Source of the DNA: Devosiaceae bacterium
Lineage (GTDB): Bacteria > Pseudomonadota > Alphaproteobacteria > Rhizobiales > Devosiaceae
Assembly (NCBI GenBank): GCA_035493835.1
Contig: DATJHO010000052.1
Location: forward strand, 1,497 to 65,496
DNA length: 64,000 nt
Reading direction: 5' to 3'
Part shown: one piece after another, positions 1 through 8,785 of the stretch
Layout of the letters: each line of letters starts with the position of its first letter
How positions within the stretch are numbered: the stretch's first letter is position 1
The notes under the pieces: generated by a model
Databases searched by the model: none
Told to the model about the DNA's origin: nothing
What the model saw: only the letters and a program-made list of their open reading frames with translations
Program-made: the position numbers and the translations under genes

Positions 1-214
1 TGCGGCCGATCATGTCGCTGACCGGCCCATAGATCAGCGTGCCCACGGCAACTGCTATCATGAACGACATGATGCTGGCCTGCACGGCTGCGGTATCGGC
101 CTTGAGCGCAGTGCCTATGGCCGGCAGGGTCGGCAAATACATGTCGATGGCAAACGGGCCAATGAGAGAGAGCAGGCCCAGAAGGATCGCGGCCCGTAAA
201 AGCTTGGCATTCAT
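1..214 (-). CDS. MFS drug-efflux transporter, Bcr/CflA-like; N-terminal fragment only, the gene runs off the left edge
   Basis: Manual minus-strand translation from ATG (212-214) gives MNAKLLRAAILLGLLSLIGPFAIDMYLPTLPAIGTALKAD...GPVSDMIGR, the typical N-terminus and TM1-TM2 motif of Bcr/CflA MFS pumps. Confidence 0.6.
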   Translation of the reverse strand, partial: MNAKLLRAAILLGLLSLIGPFAIDMYLPTLPAIGTALKADTAAVQASIMSFMIAVAVGTLIYGPVSDMIGR

Positions 215-600
215 GGTCAATTCTTTCCGGTTTATCTAACCGATCGGACAAATGGCATTGAATGCGGCGACCGGAGTCAAAAGAGGCACTGAAGGCCTCG
301 CCGCCAGCGAACCGGTACTGGAGCCTACTGCCAAGTTGTGGCAGTAGCGTCTCATCCCGGCTCGATACTCAAATTGGATAGCGCATTCAAGAAACTGAAC
401 GCAGCCCTTTTCGCGGAAGCTGGACAGATTCGCTCCTGCGTCCATCCAATATGCTTGAAGTCCCGCCCTCAAGCCACCCGCTCGGGCGCAGCGCTGCCAT
501 GCACTTCTACAGGGGCGGCGAGGGGGCCTCGGCAACAAACACTACTGTTGGAAATTGGCGGCAGTGCCCCAAGGGGGGGCCGCCGTAGCCCGCCCCGTTC

Positions 601-2520
601 CTAAATCGTCACCTGCGTGCCGATCTCCACCACGCGGCCGGTGGGGATGTGGAAATATTCGGTGGCGTCGGTCGCGTTTCTCGCCAGCGCAATGAACAGG
701 CGGTCGGCCCAGAACGGCATGCCGCCCTTGGGCGACGGCTTGATCGAGCGGCGCGACAGGAAAAACGAGGTCGACATGATGTCGAATTTCCAGCCGAGCT
801 TGCGCGCCAATCCCAGCGCCTTCGGGATGTTCGGCGTCTCGACATAGCCGAAGGTGACGATCACCCGGTAGAACAGCTCGCTCATCGATTCGATGCGCAC
901 CTTCTCGTTGTCGGGCACCCGCGGCAGGTTGGAGGTCTGCACCGTCAGGATGACGTTCTTTTCGTGCAGCACCTTGTAGTGCTTGAGGCTGTGGAGCAGC
1001 GCGGTGGGCGCGCCCGTCGCGTCGCTGGTGAGAAACACCGCCGTGCCCGGCACGATGATCGGGCGCTTCTTGGTCAGGTTCTGCACCAGGAACTCGAGCG
1101 GCACCTCGTCGCGCCGGGTCTTTTCGATCAGCCGCTGGCGGCCAACCATCCAGACGATCATGATCAGCGCGATCCAGGCGGCCACGCCCGCCGGCACCCA
1201 GCCGCCATCCAGGATCTTGCCCATGTTGGCAACGACGAACCCCAGGTCGACGATGAAAAGCGGGATCATCACTGCAAAGATCGCCGGCTTCGGCCATTTC
1301 CAGATTCGCCACATGACGATAGCAAGAAAGACAGAGGTGACCAGCATCACGCCCGACACCGAAATGCCGTAGGCGGAAGACAGCGCTGCCGAACTCTTGA
1401 AGCCGACCACAAGCAGCAGCACCGAGACCAGCAGCATCGAGTTGACCTGCGGCATGTAGATTTGCCCCAACGCCGTCTCGGAAGTGTGCCGGACGGTCAT
1501 GCGCGGCAGCAGGTTAAGGGCAATTGCCTGTTGGGCCAGCGAATAGGCCCCCGAGATCACCGCCTGGCTCGCAATCACGGTCGCCGCCGTGGAAAGCACC
1601 ACCACCGGAATGCGGGCCCACTCCGGATGCATTTCGAAGAAGGGATTGGCGGCAGCCGATATGCCGCCCTGCAAGACGAAGGCGCCCTGCCCGAAATAAT
1701 TGAGCAGCAGGCAGGGGAATACCAGGCTCAACCAGGCGACTGCCACCGGCCGCCGGCCAAAATGCCCGAGATCGGCGTAGAGCGCCTCCCCGCCCGTCAC
1801 GGCCAGGAAAACCGCCCCAATCACCACTCCCGCAATCCCCCAATGCGTCGCCAGGAAATGGAGGCCGTAATAGGGATTGATGGCCAGCAGCACCTGCGGC
1901 GTCGCGACGATGTGGACGAGGCCGCTCAGTCCAATCACCAGGAACCACACCACCATGACCGGCCCGAACACGCTCGCAACGGTCGCGGTGCCGAAGCGCT
2001 GGAACATGAACAGCGCCAGAAGGATCACCACGGTCGCCGGCAGCACCCAGACCGAGAGGCTCGGCGCAATGGTTTCGACGCCTTCGACGGCCGACAACAC
2101 CGAAATCGCTGGCGTGATGATCGAGTCGCCGAAAAACAGGGCCGCCCCAAGCACGCCAAGCGCAATGATCCAGGTTGTCTTGCCGGTAAATCCGGTCTTG
2201 GCCAGCGACATCAGCGAGAGGATGCCGCCCTCGCCCCGGTTGTCGGCCCTGGTGACGAAGATCACGTATTTGATCGTCACCGTGATGATGAGCGCCCAGA
2301 CGATCAGCGAGAGGAGGCCAAGCACATCGCTGGCGAGAGTTGCCTGGCTCGCCCCATCCGCCAGCGCCTGGCGAAAGGCATAGATCGGGCTGGTGCCGAT
2401 ATCACCATAGACGACGCCAATTGCCCCCAACACCAGAATCGGCAGGTTCTTGTTAGCGTGGCTGGATTGTTCCGTAGCGTCGAGGTCGGCTTCCGCGCCG
2501 GCCACATTCGTCTGCGTCAT
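601..2520 (-). CDS. kup: KUP/HAK/KT potassium uptake transporter
   Basis: ORF 601..2580 contains the LGAIGVVYGDIGTSPIYAFR signature, about 12 TM segments and a C-terminal cytoplasmic domain. Start trimmed to in-frame ATG MTQTNVAG (2518-2520). Confidence 0.9.
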   Translation of the reverse strand: MTQTNVAGAEADLDATEQSSHANKNLPILVLGAIGVVYGDIGTSPIYAFRQALADGASQATLASDVLGLLSLIVWALIITVTIKYVIFVTRADNRGEGGILSLMSLAKTGFTGKTTWIIALGVLGAALFFGDSIITPAISVLSAVEGVETIAPSLSVWVLPATVVILLALFMFQRFGTATVASVFGPVMVVWFLVIGLSGLVHIVATPQVLLAINPYYGLHFLATHWGIAGVVIGAVFLAVTGGEALYADLGHFGRRPVAVAWLSLVFPCLLLNYFGQGAFVLQGGISAAANPFFEMHPEWARIPVVVLSTAATVIASQAVISGAYSLAQQAIALNLLPRMTVRHTSETALGQIYMPQVNSMLLVSVLLLVVGFKSSAALSSAYGISVSGVMLVTSVFLAIVMWRIWKWPKPAIFAVMIPLFIVDLGFVVANMGKILDGGWVPAGVAAWIALIMIVWMVGRQRLIEKTRRDEVPLEFLVQNLTKKRPIIVPGTAVFLTSDATGAPTALLHSLKHYKVLHEKNVILTVQTSNLPRVPDNEKVRIESMSELFYRVIVTFGYVETPNIPKALGLARKLGWKFDIMSTSFFLSRRSIKPSPKGGMPFWADRLFIALARNATDATEYFHIPTGRVVEIGTQVTI

Positions 2521-2799
2521 GAAACCATCGCTCACCTCGGGAAGAGGCGGGCGCCTCTCTACACCGCTCGACTGCCACACTCAACCCTGTGCCAATGTCT
2601 TGGTTGCAGAGCGGCTTCGGCATCTAGTGAACAATAGCTCTTGGTAGATGAGACAGTTAGTCTGAAAACCGGCTGACTTCTGCAATCTAGTTTGCCTAAT
2701 GCACGGCATTTGCTTTAAACGACTAACCCGATATTCTTTACAAAACCACCAGCCGCCTTACCCGAAAACGGCGGTTTCCCCCAGCGCAACCTCCTGTGC

Positions 2800-2840
2800 A
2801 AAAAAAATGAGCCCCGCTTCGATGCAGCGAAGCGGGGCTC
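2800..2840 (-). terminator. Rho-independent terminator
   Basis: Perfect 13-bp stem GAGCCCCGCTTCG/CGAAGCGGGGCTC (2809-2840), followed on the minus strand by T8 (A-run 2800-2807). Confidence 0.8.
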
Positions 2841-3000
2841 GGAGCTGACTTTGGAGGGTCTTGGTCAGCGAACTGAAACGCGCAACCAACCTCCGAGGAG
2901 CCTGGTGGCGCGAGCAGGATAGGCGGTTACCGCCCTTCCTGATCGAACGCCAATAAACAAAAGTTCAGCGACATTCGATTCCATCGAAAGGGCTAGGGGT

Positions 3001-3603
3001 CTAGGCAGCAGCGGCCTTGGCTGCATCGGCCTGGCGTGCCGTCTTGGTGGCGTTGGTCCACCAGAGCAGGTTATCGAGCAGATCCGGCACGAACGGGTCG
3101 ATATTGCCCTTCACGTCGTCCCAGCTCTTCTGGCCCATCAGCACGGGAATGAAATCCGAGCCGCCGATGTGCACGCCTTGGCGCACCGGCACGGCCTGCA
3201 GCTCGACCACGATGTTGCGCAGGTGCTCGACCGCGCGGGCGCCGCCGACCGAACCATAGCCCACAAAGCCGACGGCCTTCTTGATGAACGGGGTATAGGC
3301 CCAGTCGATGGCGTTCTTCAGCGCGCCGGGAATCGAGCGGTTATATTCGGCGGTGATGATGATGTAGCCGTCGAATTCCTTCAGCTTGGCCTGCCAGCGG
3401 GCGGCCTCGGCGTTGGGCGTGGGCATCCACATGTCGGAAGCCGGCGCATCGAACAGCGGCAGGTTGTAGTCCTTCAGGTCCACCAATTCGACGTCCATGT
3501 CGCCGCGCGCCTTGGCGTGATCGAGAATCCACTTTGCCGGCTTGTCGCCGAAGCGGGTGGGACGGGTGCTGCCGATGATGACGGCGATCTTTGGTTTGGA
3601 CAT
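3001..3603 (-). CDS. NAD(P)H-dependent FMN reductase family oxidoreductase
   Basis: 200-aa ORF. N-terminal KIAVIIGSTRPTRFG flavodoxin-like fold and EYNRSIPGALKNAIDW motif are typical of the FMN_red family. Paralogous to ORF 42588..43157. Confidence 0.75.
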   Translation of the reverse strand: MSKPKIAVIIGSTRPTRFGDKPAKWILDHAKARGDMDVELVDLKDYNLPLFDAPASDMWMPTPNAEAARWQAKLKEFDGYIIITAEYNRSIPGALKNAIDWAYTPFIKKAVGFVGYGSVGGARAVEHLRNIVVELQAVPVRQGVHIGGSDFIPVLMGQKSWDDVKGNIDPFVPDLLDNLLWWTNATKTARQADAAKAAAA

Positions 3604-3868
3604 GATTGCGTTCCTCTCTCAGTCACAAAATGTAACTGAGTGGAAATATGTTCCCGCGTTGCTTTGCCGCAAGGAGGCACGGACCTGTCACGTGGGAACA
3701 CGGAGCAGCGCTGCGCTCGTATCGAAGGCAAGGAACATTTTTGTTCCCACCAGTTTTACAATCAAATTTGACTTTTCCGACACTGGTCGTGACGCTCGTC
3801 GCGTCACTGCGCCTGATTGGCAAGGCATTGGCGTCGGACCGTCCAACAAAAACGAACGATGGAAGGCC

Positions 3869-3943
3869 GTCATGGTGAGCCTGTCGAACCACAAGGGCCA
3901 ACGGACCGCGCCGGCCTCGTCCTTCGACAAGCTCAGGATGAGG
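3869..3943. repeat. REP-like inverted-repeat element, family C (GTGAGCCTGTCGAACC ... CCTTCGACAAGCTCAGGATGAG)
   Basis: The two arms are reverse complements. The half-site CCTTCGACAAGCTCAGG recurs inverted at 8717-8744, with a degenerate copy at 7484-7516. Confidence 0.6.
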
Positions 3944-3966
3944 CCTCAGTGCGTACGGCGCTTCCC

Positions 3967-4704
3967 CTAACCCAGCACGGCCCTGTACAGGCGCACCGCT
4001 TCGGGAAATCCCATCAGCAGCGCGTCGGCGGTGATGGCGTGGCCGATTGAAACCTCGTCCACGCCCAGCACTGCCTGCTGGAAAGCCGGCAGGTTGGCGA
4101 GCGTCAGGTCGTGCCCGGCATTGAGGCCGAGCCCCTTGCCGGCTGCCCGGGCGGCCCGTGCGGTTTCGCTCAGCTTGTTGAGTTCGTCCGGCCCGGTGGT
4201 CGTGCCATAAGTTGCGCCATAGGGCCCAGTATAGAGCTCCACCCGGTCGGCGCCCACCGCCAGCGCTTCAGCCGGCAAGGCCGGATCCGCGTCGATGAAC
4301 AGCGACACCCTGATCCCCAGCGCCTTCATCACGTCGATCGCCCGCTCCAGCAGTTCGCGGTTGGCCGCGATGTCCCAGCCATGGTCCGACGTCGCCTGCG
4401 CCGGATCATCGGGGACGAACGTCACCTGGTCCGGCCGCGCCTCTTCTACCAGTTGCAGGAACTCTTCGCTGGGATATCCCTCGATGTTGTACTCAGCCTG
4501 GGGAAATTCCGTCCGGATCAGCCGCTCCAGCTCGAACACGTCGCTTCGACGTATATGCCGCTCGTCCGGCCGGGGGTGGATGGTGATGCCGTCCGCACCC
4601 GCCTCCAACACCAGCCGACCGATGCCGGTGACGCTCGGCCAAGGCAGGTTGCGGCGGTTCCTGAGCTGGGCGACGGCGTTGAGATTGACGGAAAGCGCGG
4701 TCAT
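3967..4704 (-). CDS. pdxJ: Pyridoxine 5'-phosphate synthase
   Basis: LSVNLNAVAQLRNRRN...GITIHPRPDERHIR...GHDLT motifs. ORF starts with TTG at 4710; the ATG at 4704 is preferred. Confidence 0.9.
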   Translation of the reverse strand: MTALSVNLNAVAQLRNRRNLPWPSVTGIGRLVLEAGADGITIHPRPDERHIRRSDVFELERLIRTEFPQAEYNIEGYPSEEFLQLVEEARPDQVTFVPDDPAQATSDHGWDIAANRELLERAIDVMKALGIRVSLFIDADPALPAEALAVGADRVELYTGPYGATYGTTTGPDELNKLSETARAARAAGKGLGLNAGHDLTLANLPAFQQAVLGVDEVSIGHAITADALLMGFPEAVRLYRAVLG

Positions 4705-4767
4705 GTCCAAATCCCGGTTACAAAGGGCTCGCCTCCATAACGCCTGACCACGCCCTTCGTCACGGGG

Positions 4768-5322
4768 TCACATTTTCTCGGGGCCACGCGAGATGGCGGC
4801 AACGCCCGTGCGCACCACCTCGATCAGCCCGAGCGGCACCATCAGCGCGATAAAGCTGTCGATCTTGGTGGGCTTTCCCGTCACCTCGAAGACAAAGCTC
4901 TCGACGGTAGCATCGACGATCTGCGCCCGGAAAGCATCGGCCAGCCGCAGCGTCTCCGCCCGATGCTCGCCGGTGCCGCCGACCTTGATCAACGCCAGCT
5001 CGCGCTCGAGGTCCTTGCCTTCGGCCGTGAGGTCGTGCACCCGGTGCACCGGCACCAGCCGCTCGAGCTGCAGTTTTATCTGCGACAGCACTTTTGGCGT
5101 CGCCACCGTCACCAGCGTAATGCGCGACAGGCCTTTGTCGTGCTCGACCTCGGAGACCGTCAGGCTCTCGATATTGAACCCCCGCGCCGAGAACAGGCCG
5201 GCGATGCGGGCAAGGATGCCCGGCTCGTTGTCGACCATCACCGAAAGCGTATGGCGCTCGGGGGCCATGGTCTCCTTGGTGAGAAAATACGCCGATCCGG
5301 TCGGCTGCAGCTGTGCGTTCAT
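4768..5322 (-). CDS. ilvH: Acetolactate synthase small (regulatory) subunit
   Basis: HTLSVMVDNEPGILARIAGLFSARGFNIESLTV ACT domain. Lies directly downstream of the large subunit. Start trimmed to ATG MNAQLQPTGSAYF (5320-5322). Confidence 0.9.
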   Translation of the reverse strand: MNAQLQPTGSAYFLTKETMAPERHTLSVMVDNEPGILARIAGLFSARGFNIESLTVSEVEHDKGLSRITLVTVATPKVLSQIKLQLERLVPVHRVHDLTAEGKDLERELALIKVGGTGEHRAETLRLADAFRAQIVDATVESFVFEVTGKPTKIDSFIALMVPLGLIEVVRTGVAAISRGPEKM

Positions 5323-5383
5323 CTTGTTCCGTTCCTCGATTCCATTCTGAGCTTCCGGCCCGCCCCCCACCCGGCTGCCGCCG

Positions 5384-5451
5384 CCCTCCCCTCAAGGGGG
5401 AGGGGCGATGCGGGCCGGCTCCTTCGTCTCCCTCCCCCTTGAGGGGAGGGA
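5384..5451. repeat. Pair of G/C-rich palindromic hairpins, family D (CCCTCCCCTCAAGGGGGAGGGG and TCTCCCTCCCCCTTGAGGGGAGGGA)
   Basis: Two near-identical self-complementary units at 5384-5405 and 5427-5451, inside the 163-nt ilvI-ilvH spacer. Confidence 0.7.
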
Positions 5452-5485
5452 TCAAGGGTGGGGGTTGTTGCCCCAAGCGCTGCCT

Positions 5486-7255
5486 TCACACCAATTGCCG
5501 CCCCTTGGCGTCGATGATCGAACCGATATCCTCCTCGAAATCCGGCAGGATCATCTCGTTATGCGGCTTGCCCGAGGGGATCATCGGCAGGCAGTTTTCG
5601 TGCTTTTCCACGAGGCAATCGAACAGCACCGGCCTTGGCGAATTCACCATCTCGGCAATCGCGTCATCGAGCTCCGCCGGGTCCGAGCAGCGGATGCCGA
5701 CGCCGCCATAGGCTTCCGCCAGCTTGACGAAATCCGGCAGGCTCTCGGAATAGCTGTGCGCATAGCGCCCGCCATGCAGCAGGTCCTGCCATTGCCGCAC
5801 CATCCCCATCCGCTCGTTGTTGAGGATGAAAACCTTGATCGGCAAGTCGTACTGCACCGCGGTTGACATCTCCTGCATCGTCATCTGGACGCTGGCCTCG
5901 CCGGCGATATCGATGACGAGCGCATCCGGATGCGCGACCTGCACGCCGATCGCGGCGGGAAGGCCATAGCCCATGGTGCCGAGGCCGCCCGAGGTCATCC
6001 AGTGGTTCGGCAGCTCGAACGGAAAATGCTGCGCTGCCCACATCTGGTGCTGGCCCACTTCCGTGGTGATGTAGACCTCGCGGCCCTTCACCGCCTCATG
6101 GAGTCGCCTGATGGCGTGCTGCGGCTTGATGATGGTGGAAGAGCTCTTGAAGCCGAGCGAGTTCCGCTTGCGCCACTCGCCGATCTGGCCCCACCAGGGT
6201 TTTAGCGCCTCAATCCGCGCCTCGTTGGTGCGGCTGCGCCAGACACGGATCATCTCCTCCATCACATGGGCGCTATCGCCCACGATGGGCAGGTCGATCA
6301 AGACGTTCTTGTTGATCGAGGACGCGTCGATATCGACGTGGATCTTCCGGCTGTTCGGCGAGAACGCATCGATCCGCCCGGTGATGCGGTCATCGAACCG
6401 CGCACCGATGCAGATGATGAGGTCGGCATCGTGCATGGCCATATTGGCCTCGTACGTGCCGTGCATCCCCAGCATCCCCATCCACTGCGGATTGGAGGCA
6501 GGGAAGGCGCCGAGCCCCATCAGGGTGGAAGTCACCGGAAAGCCGGTCAGCTCGGCCAGTTCGCGAAGGTGCTGGCTGGCTTCCGGCCCGGCATTGATCA
6601 CCCCGCCGCCGGTATAAAAGATCGGCCGCTCGGCCTTCAGCATCATGTCCACGGCCGCCGAGATCGCGCGCACATCGCCCTCGACCTGCGGGTGATAGCT
6701 CTTGTGCCGCTCCACCTGCACCTCGTCCGGCGAGCGATAGGTGCCGAGTGCGAACTGCACGTCCTTCGGGATATCGACCAGAACCGGCCCCGGCCGCCCG
6801 GAATTGGCGATGTAGAACGCTTCGTGCAGCACCCGGCTCAGCTGGTTGACGTCCTTGACGAGGAAATTGTGCTTGGTGGCGCTGCGGGTGATGCCGACCG
6901 TGTCGCATTCCTGGAACGCGTCCGAGCCGATGAGCGTCGTCGGCACCTGCGCGGTCAGCACCACCAGCGGAATGGAATCCATCAGCGCGTCGGTGAGCGG
7001 GGTAACGACATTGGTCGCCCCCGGACCCGAGGTGACCAACACCACGCCCACCTTGCCGGTCGAGCGCGCATAGCCCTCGGCCATATGGCCGGCGCCCTGC
7101 TCATGCCGGACAAGGATGTGCTGCACCTTGTCCTGCTGGAACAGCGCGTCATAGATCGGCAGCGCCGCGCCCCCCGGATAGCCGAAGATATGCTCGACGC
7201 CCTGGTCCGCCAGCGCCCTGATCACTATTTCCGCGCCGGTCATCTGCTCGGCCAT
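5486..7255 (-). CDS. ilvI: Acetolactate synthase large (catalytic) subunit, ThDP-dependent
   Basis: 589 aa. GAEIVIRALADQGVEHIFGYPGGA N-terminus, GLGTMGYGLPAAIGVQVA ThDP motif. GAGGAG SD upstream of ATG 7253-7255. Confidence 0.95.
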   Translation of the reverse strand: MAEQMTGAEIVIRALADQGVEHIFGYPGGAALPIYDALFQQDKVQHILVRHEQGAGHMAEGYARSTGKVGVVLVTSGPGATNVVTPLTDALMDSIPLVVLTAQVPTTLIGSDAFQECDTVGITRSATKHNFLVKDVNQLSRVLHEAFYIANSGRPGPVLVDIPKDVQFALGTYRSPDEVQVERHKSYHPQVEGDVRAISAAVDMMLKAERPIFYTGGGVINAGPEASQHLRELAELTGFPVTSTLMGLGAFPASNPQWMGMLGMHGTYEANMAMHDADLIICIGARFDDRITGRIDAFSPNSRKIHVDIDASSINKNVLIDLPIVGDSAHVMEEMIRVWRSRTNEARIEALKPWWGQIGEWRKRNSLGFKSSSTIIKPQHAIRRLHEAVKGREVYITTEVGQHQMWAAQHFPFELPNHWMTSGGLGTMGYGLPAAIGVQVAHPDALVIDIAGEASVQMTMQEMSTAVQYDLPIKVFILNNERMGMVRQWQDLLHGGRYAHSYSESLPDFVKLAEAYGGVGIRCSDPAELDDAIAEMVNSPRPVLFDCLVEKHENCLPMIPSGKPHNEMILPDFEEDIGSIIDAKGRQLV

Positions 7256-7391
7256 ATTTCTGCTCCTCGTCCGAACGGCGCCCCTGGGCCGCCGCCTTCA
7301 CCAAAACCACTATTGTCGGCTCCGGCGCCACCGCCATCGCCACATCCATCGCCGTCATCCTTAACCGCCAGCATCGCGGCGCGGCATCAAG

Positions 7392-7418
7392 ATGGATCCC
7401 GGCCTTCGCCGGGATGAC
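7392..7418. repeat. REP unit, family A (ATGGATCCCGGCCTTCGCCGGGATGAC), single copy
   Basis: Self-complementary core. Same architecture as the units at 21069, 21153, 23339, 46483, 46555, 59593 and 59651. Confidence 0.7.
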
Positions 7419-7483
7419 GCCGTGCTCGGGGCCGGCGCCCTGCCCTGCTCGGCATCGCGGCCGGGCATCAACCCTGCCACGCC

Positions 7484-7516
7484 CTCACCTCGTCCGAAGG
7501 CTGTCGAAGGGCGGGC
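7484..7516. repeat. Degenerate family C REP half-site (GGCTGTCGAAGGGCGGGCC)
   Basis: Resembles GCTTGTCGAAGGGCGAGGG at 8717-8744. Confidence 0.4.
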
Positions 7517-7547
7517 CACAAACCGCACGCCCCCGGAATCGCGGCCA

Positions 7548-7573
7548 ATAAAAAAGGCCCCGAAAGGGACCTT
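7548..7573 (-). terminator. Rho-independent terminator
   Basis: Minus strand reads AGGUCCC-UUUC-GGGGCCU followed by UUUUUUAUU. Confidence 0.7.
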
Positions 7574-7670
7574 GGCGCGCACCGACCTTCGCGGGATTTT
7601 ATCCCACGTGACCGATGCGCCTACCTACTACGAGAATGAGTGCCCGCACGGGACTGCTCCATTGATTGAG
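7550..7670 (-). ncRNA. Candidate about 120-nt small RNA; family unknown
   Basis: Bounded by a sigma70-like promoter (7677-7706) and the terminator (7548-7573). Internal 8-bp stem GCGCAUCG/CGGUGCGC encloses the hairpin GGGAU-AAA-AUCCC. The only ORF is a 13-codon peptide. Confidence 0.35.
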
Positions 7671-7676
7671 GTTCAA

Positions 7677-7706
7677 TTGATAGGCACCGGCGGGGATGAG
7701 TGTCAA
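7677..7706 (-). promoter_or_regulatory. Sigma70-like promoter: TTGACA, 18-nt spacer, TATCAA
   Basis: Minus strand reads gcccTTGACActcatccccgccggtgccTATCAAttgaacc. The -35 is a perfect consensus; the spacer is one nt longer than optimal. Confidence 0.4.
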
Positions 7707-7771
7707 GGGCAAGCCACCAAAAACGAAACTCCCCGCCGTAGAGCCACAAGGGCGAGGCGGAAGGACCTCCC

Positions 7772-8566
7772 TTACGCCCGCGACACCTGCGCGATGAAAT
7801 CGGCAACATGCCGCTCGATCTCCGCGGGCGGCAGCCCGTAGCGCGCCACCCCGTCGGCAAAACCCAGATTGCCGCTGATGACAAAGGCACGCAAACCCGC
7901 CCGCGCCAGCTCAACCGCCTGCTCGACCGTCAGCCCGCCGACGACCTGCACCGAGGCCCGGTCCCCGACCCGCTCGAATACCGCCCGGGCGGCATCGGCG
8001 AGATAGCCCGAACCGAACAGCGCCGGGTTCCGCCGCCGCGCATCGAGTTGCAGGTGGACGCCGACCCCGTCCACTCCCGCATCGAGCAGGCGTTCCGCTG
8101 CATCGGCGACCTGCGCCATCGGCCCCTGGTGGTGCAGCAGGATGTCGGCAAACACCAGCCGCGGGATCGCCGGCTCAGCCGCGCGAAATTCATCCCGCAC
8201 CTCGCAGATGTTTTTCGCCGTCGCGACCCCGGCCATCCCCAGAAAATCAATGATGTTGCCCCCGCCGGAAAACACCGCCCGCGCCTCCCCGGCGCCGCCA
8301 TCCATGGTCTTCATATCCGCCAGCAGCAGCGCCTCGGGAAATTTCCGCCGGAACGCCGGCACTACATTCAACACCCCCTCCAGCTTCAGCAACGGCGTCC
8401 CCATCTCCACCAGGGTCACCCCGCCGGCCAGCGCGGCCTCCGCCACGACCAGGCCCTGCGGCAGGTTGTCGGTATCGACGGAGATTTGGAACGTTTGCTG
8501 GGTGCGCAGCAGGGTACGGACGCGATCAGAGGCGGCAAGGTGGTCGTCTACATTGGGCGACGTCAT
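7772..8566 (-). CDS. Orotidine-5'-phosphate decarboxylase / 3-hexulose-6-phosphate synthase (HUMPS) family protein
   Basis: VEMGTPLLKLEG ... LLLADMKTMDGG pattern resembles the HPS/KGPDC active-site region of the OMPDC suprafamily TIM barrel. Start trimmed to ATG 8564-8566. Confidence 0.5.
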   Translation of the reverse strand: MTSPNVDDHLAASDRVRTLLRTQQTFQISVDTDNLPQGLVVAEAALAGGVTLVEMGTPLLKLEGVLNVVPAFRRKFPEALLLADMKTMDGGAGEARAVFSGGGNIIDFLGMAGVATAKNICEVRDEFRAAEPAIPRLVFADILLHHQGPMAQVADAAERLLDAGVDGVGVHLQLDARRRNPALFGSGYLADAARAVFERVGDRASVQVVGGLTVEQAVELARAGLRAFVISGNLGFADGVARYGLPPAEIERHVADFIAQVSRA

Positions 8567-8716
8567 GATTTTCCTCCCGTGGCGCGCAGCTAAGGCGTGC
8601 AACACCGCCCACTCGACACCAAAAGGATCGTGCGGGCAAAGACGGAGTCGGTCAAGAATGCTTCCCCGCCCCGCTCCCTGCGAGGCTGCCCAAATTATCG
8701 GCGGCCCATGAAACCT

Positions 8717-8744
8717 TCACCCTGAGCTTGTCGAAGGGCGAGGG
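8717..8744. repeat. Family C REP half-site
   Basis: CCTGAGCTTGTCGAAGG is the exact reverse complement of CCTTCGACAAGCTCAGG at 3921-3937. Confidence 0.6.
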
Positions 8745-8785
8745 ACCAGCCCTGCCCGCAGGTGGAAGCCACCTGCTCCTGCCTC

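Noticed and set aside
236-604. ORFs 236-538 (-) and 338-604 (+) in the bcr-kup spacer
   Set aside because: They overlap each other, are Arg/Ala/Gly-rich, and have no SD, motifs or family resemblance. Treated as non-coding spacer, possibly a decayed remnant.
649-2637. Very long ORFs antisense to real genes: 649-2637 vs kup, 6266-7417 vs ilvI, 24149-25828 and 25996-27153 vs asmA, 28549-30312 vs uvrD, 37102-38856 vs recN, 43205-44641 vs ftsA, 47753-49189 vs murC, 53049-54974 vs murF/mraY, 56693-58225 vs ftsI
   Set aside because: Their compositions are Arg/His/Asp/Gly/Pro-dominated with no recognisable motifs. Each lies exactly opposite a gene with strong family signatures. Long open antisense frames are expected in GC-rich DNA because stop codons are AT-rich.
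7149-7358. Possible branched-chain leader peptide upstream of ilvI (MTAMDVAMAVAPEPTIVVLVK...)
   Set aside because: It contains an I-V-V-L-V run, but the frame does not stop before ilvI; it runs 106 nt into the coding region out of frame. The first ATG abuts its SD, and no terminator/antiterminator pair is visible between 7256 and 7350. This is not enough evidence for attenuation.
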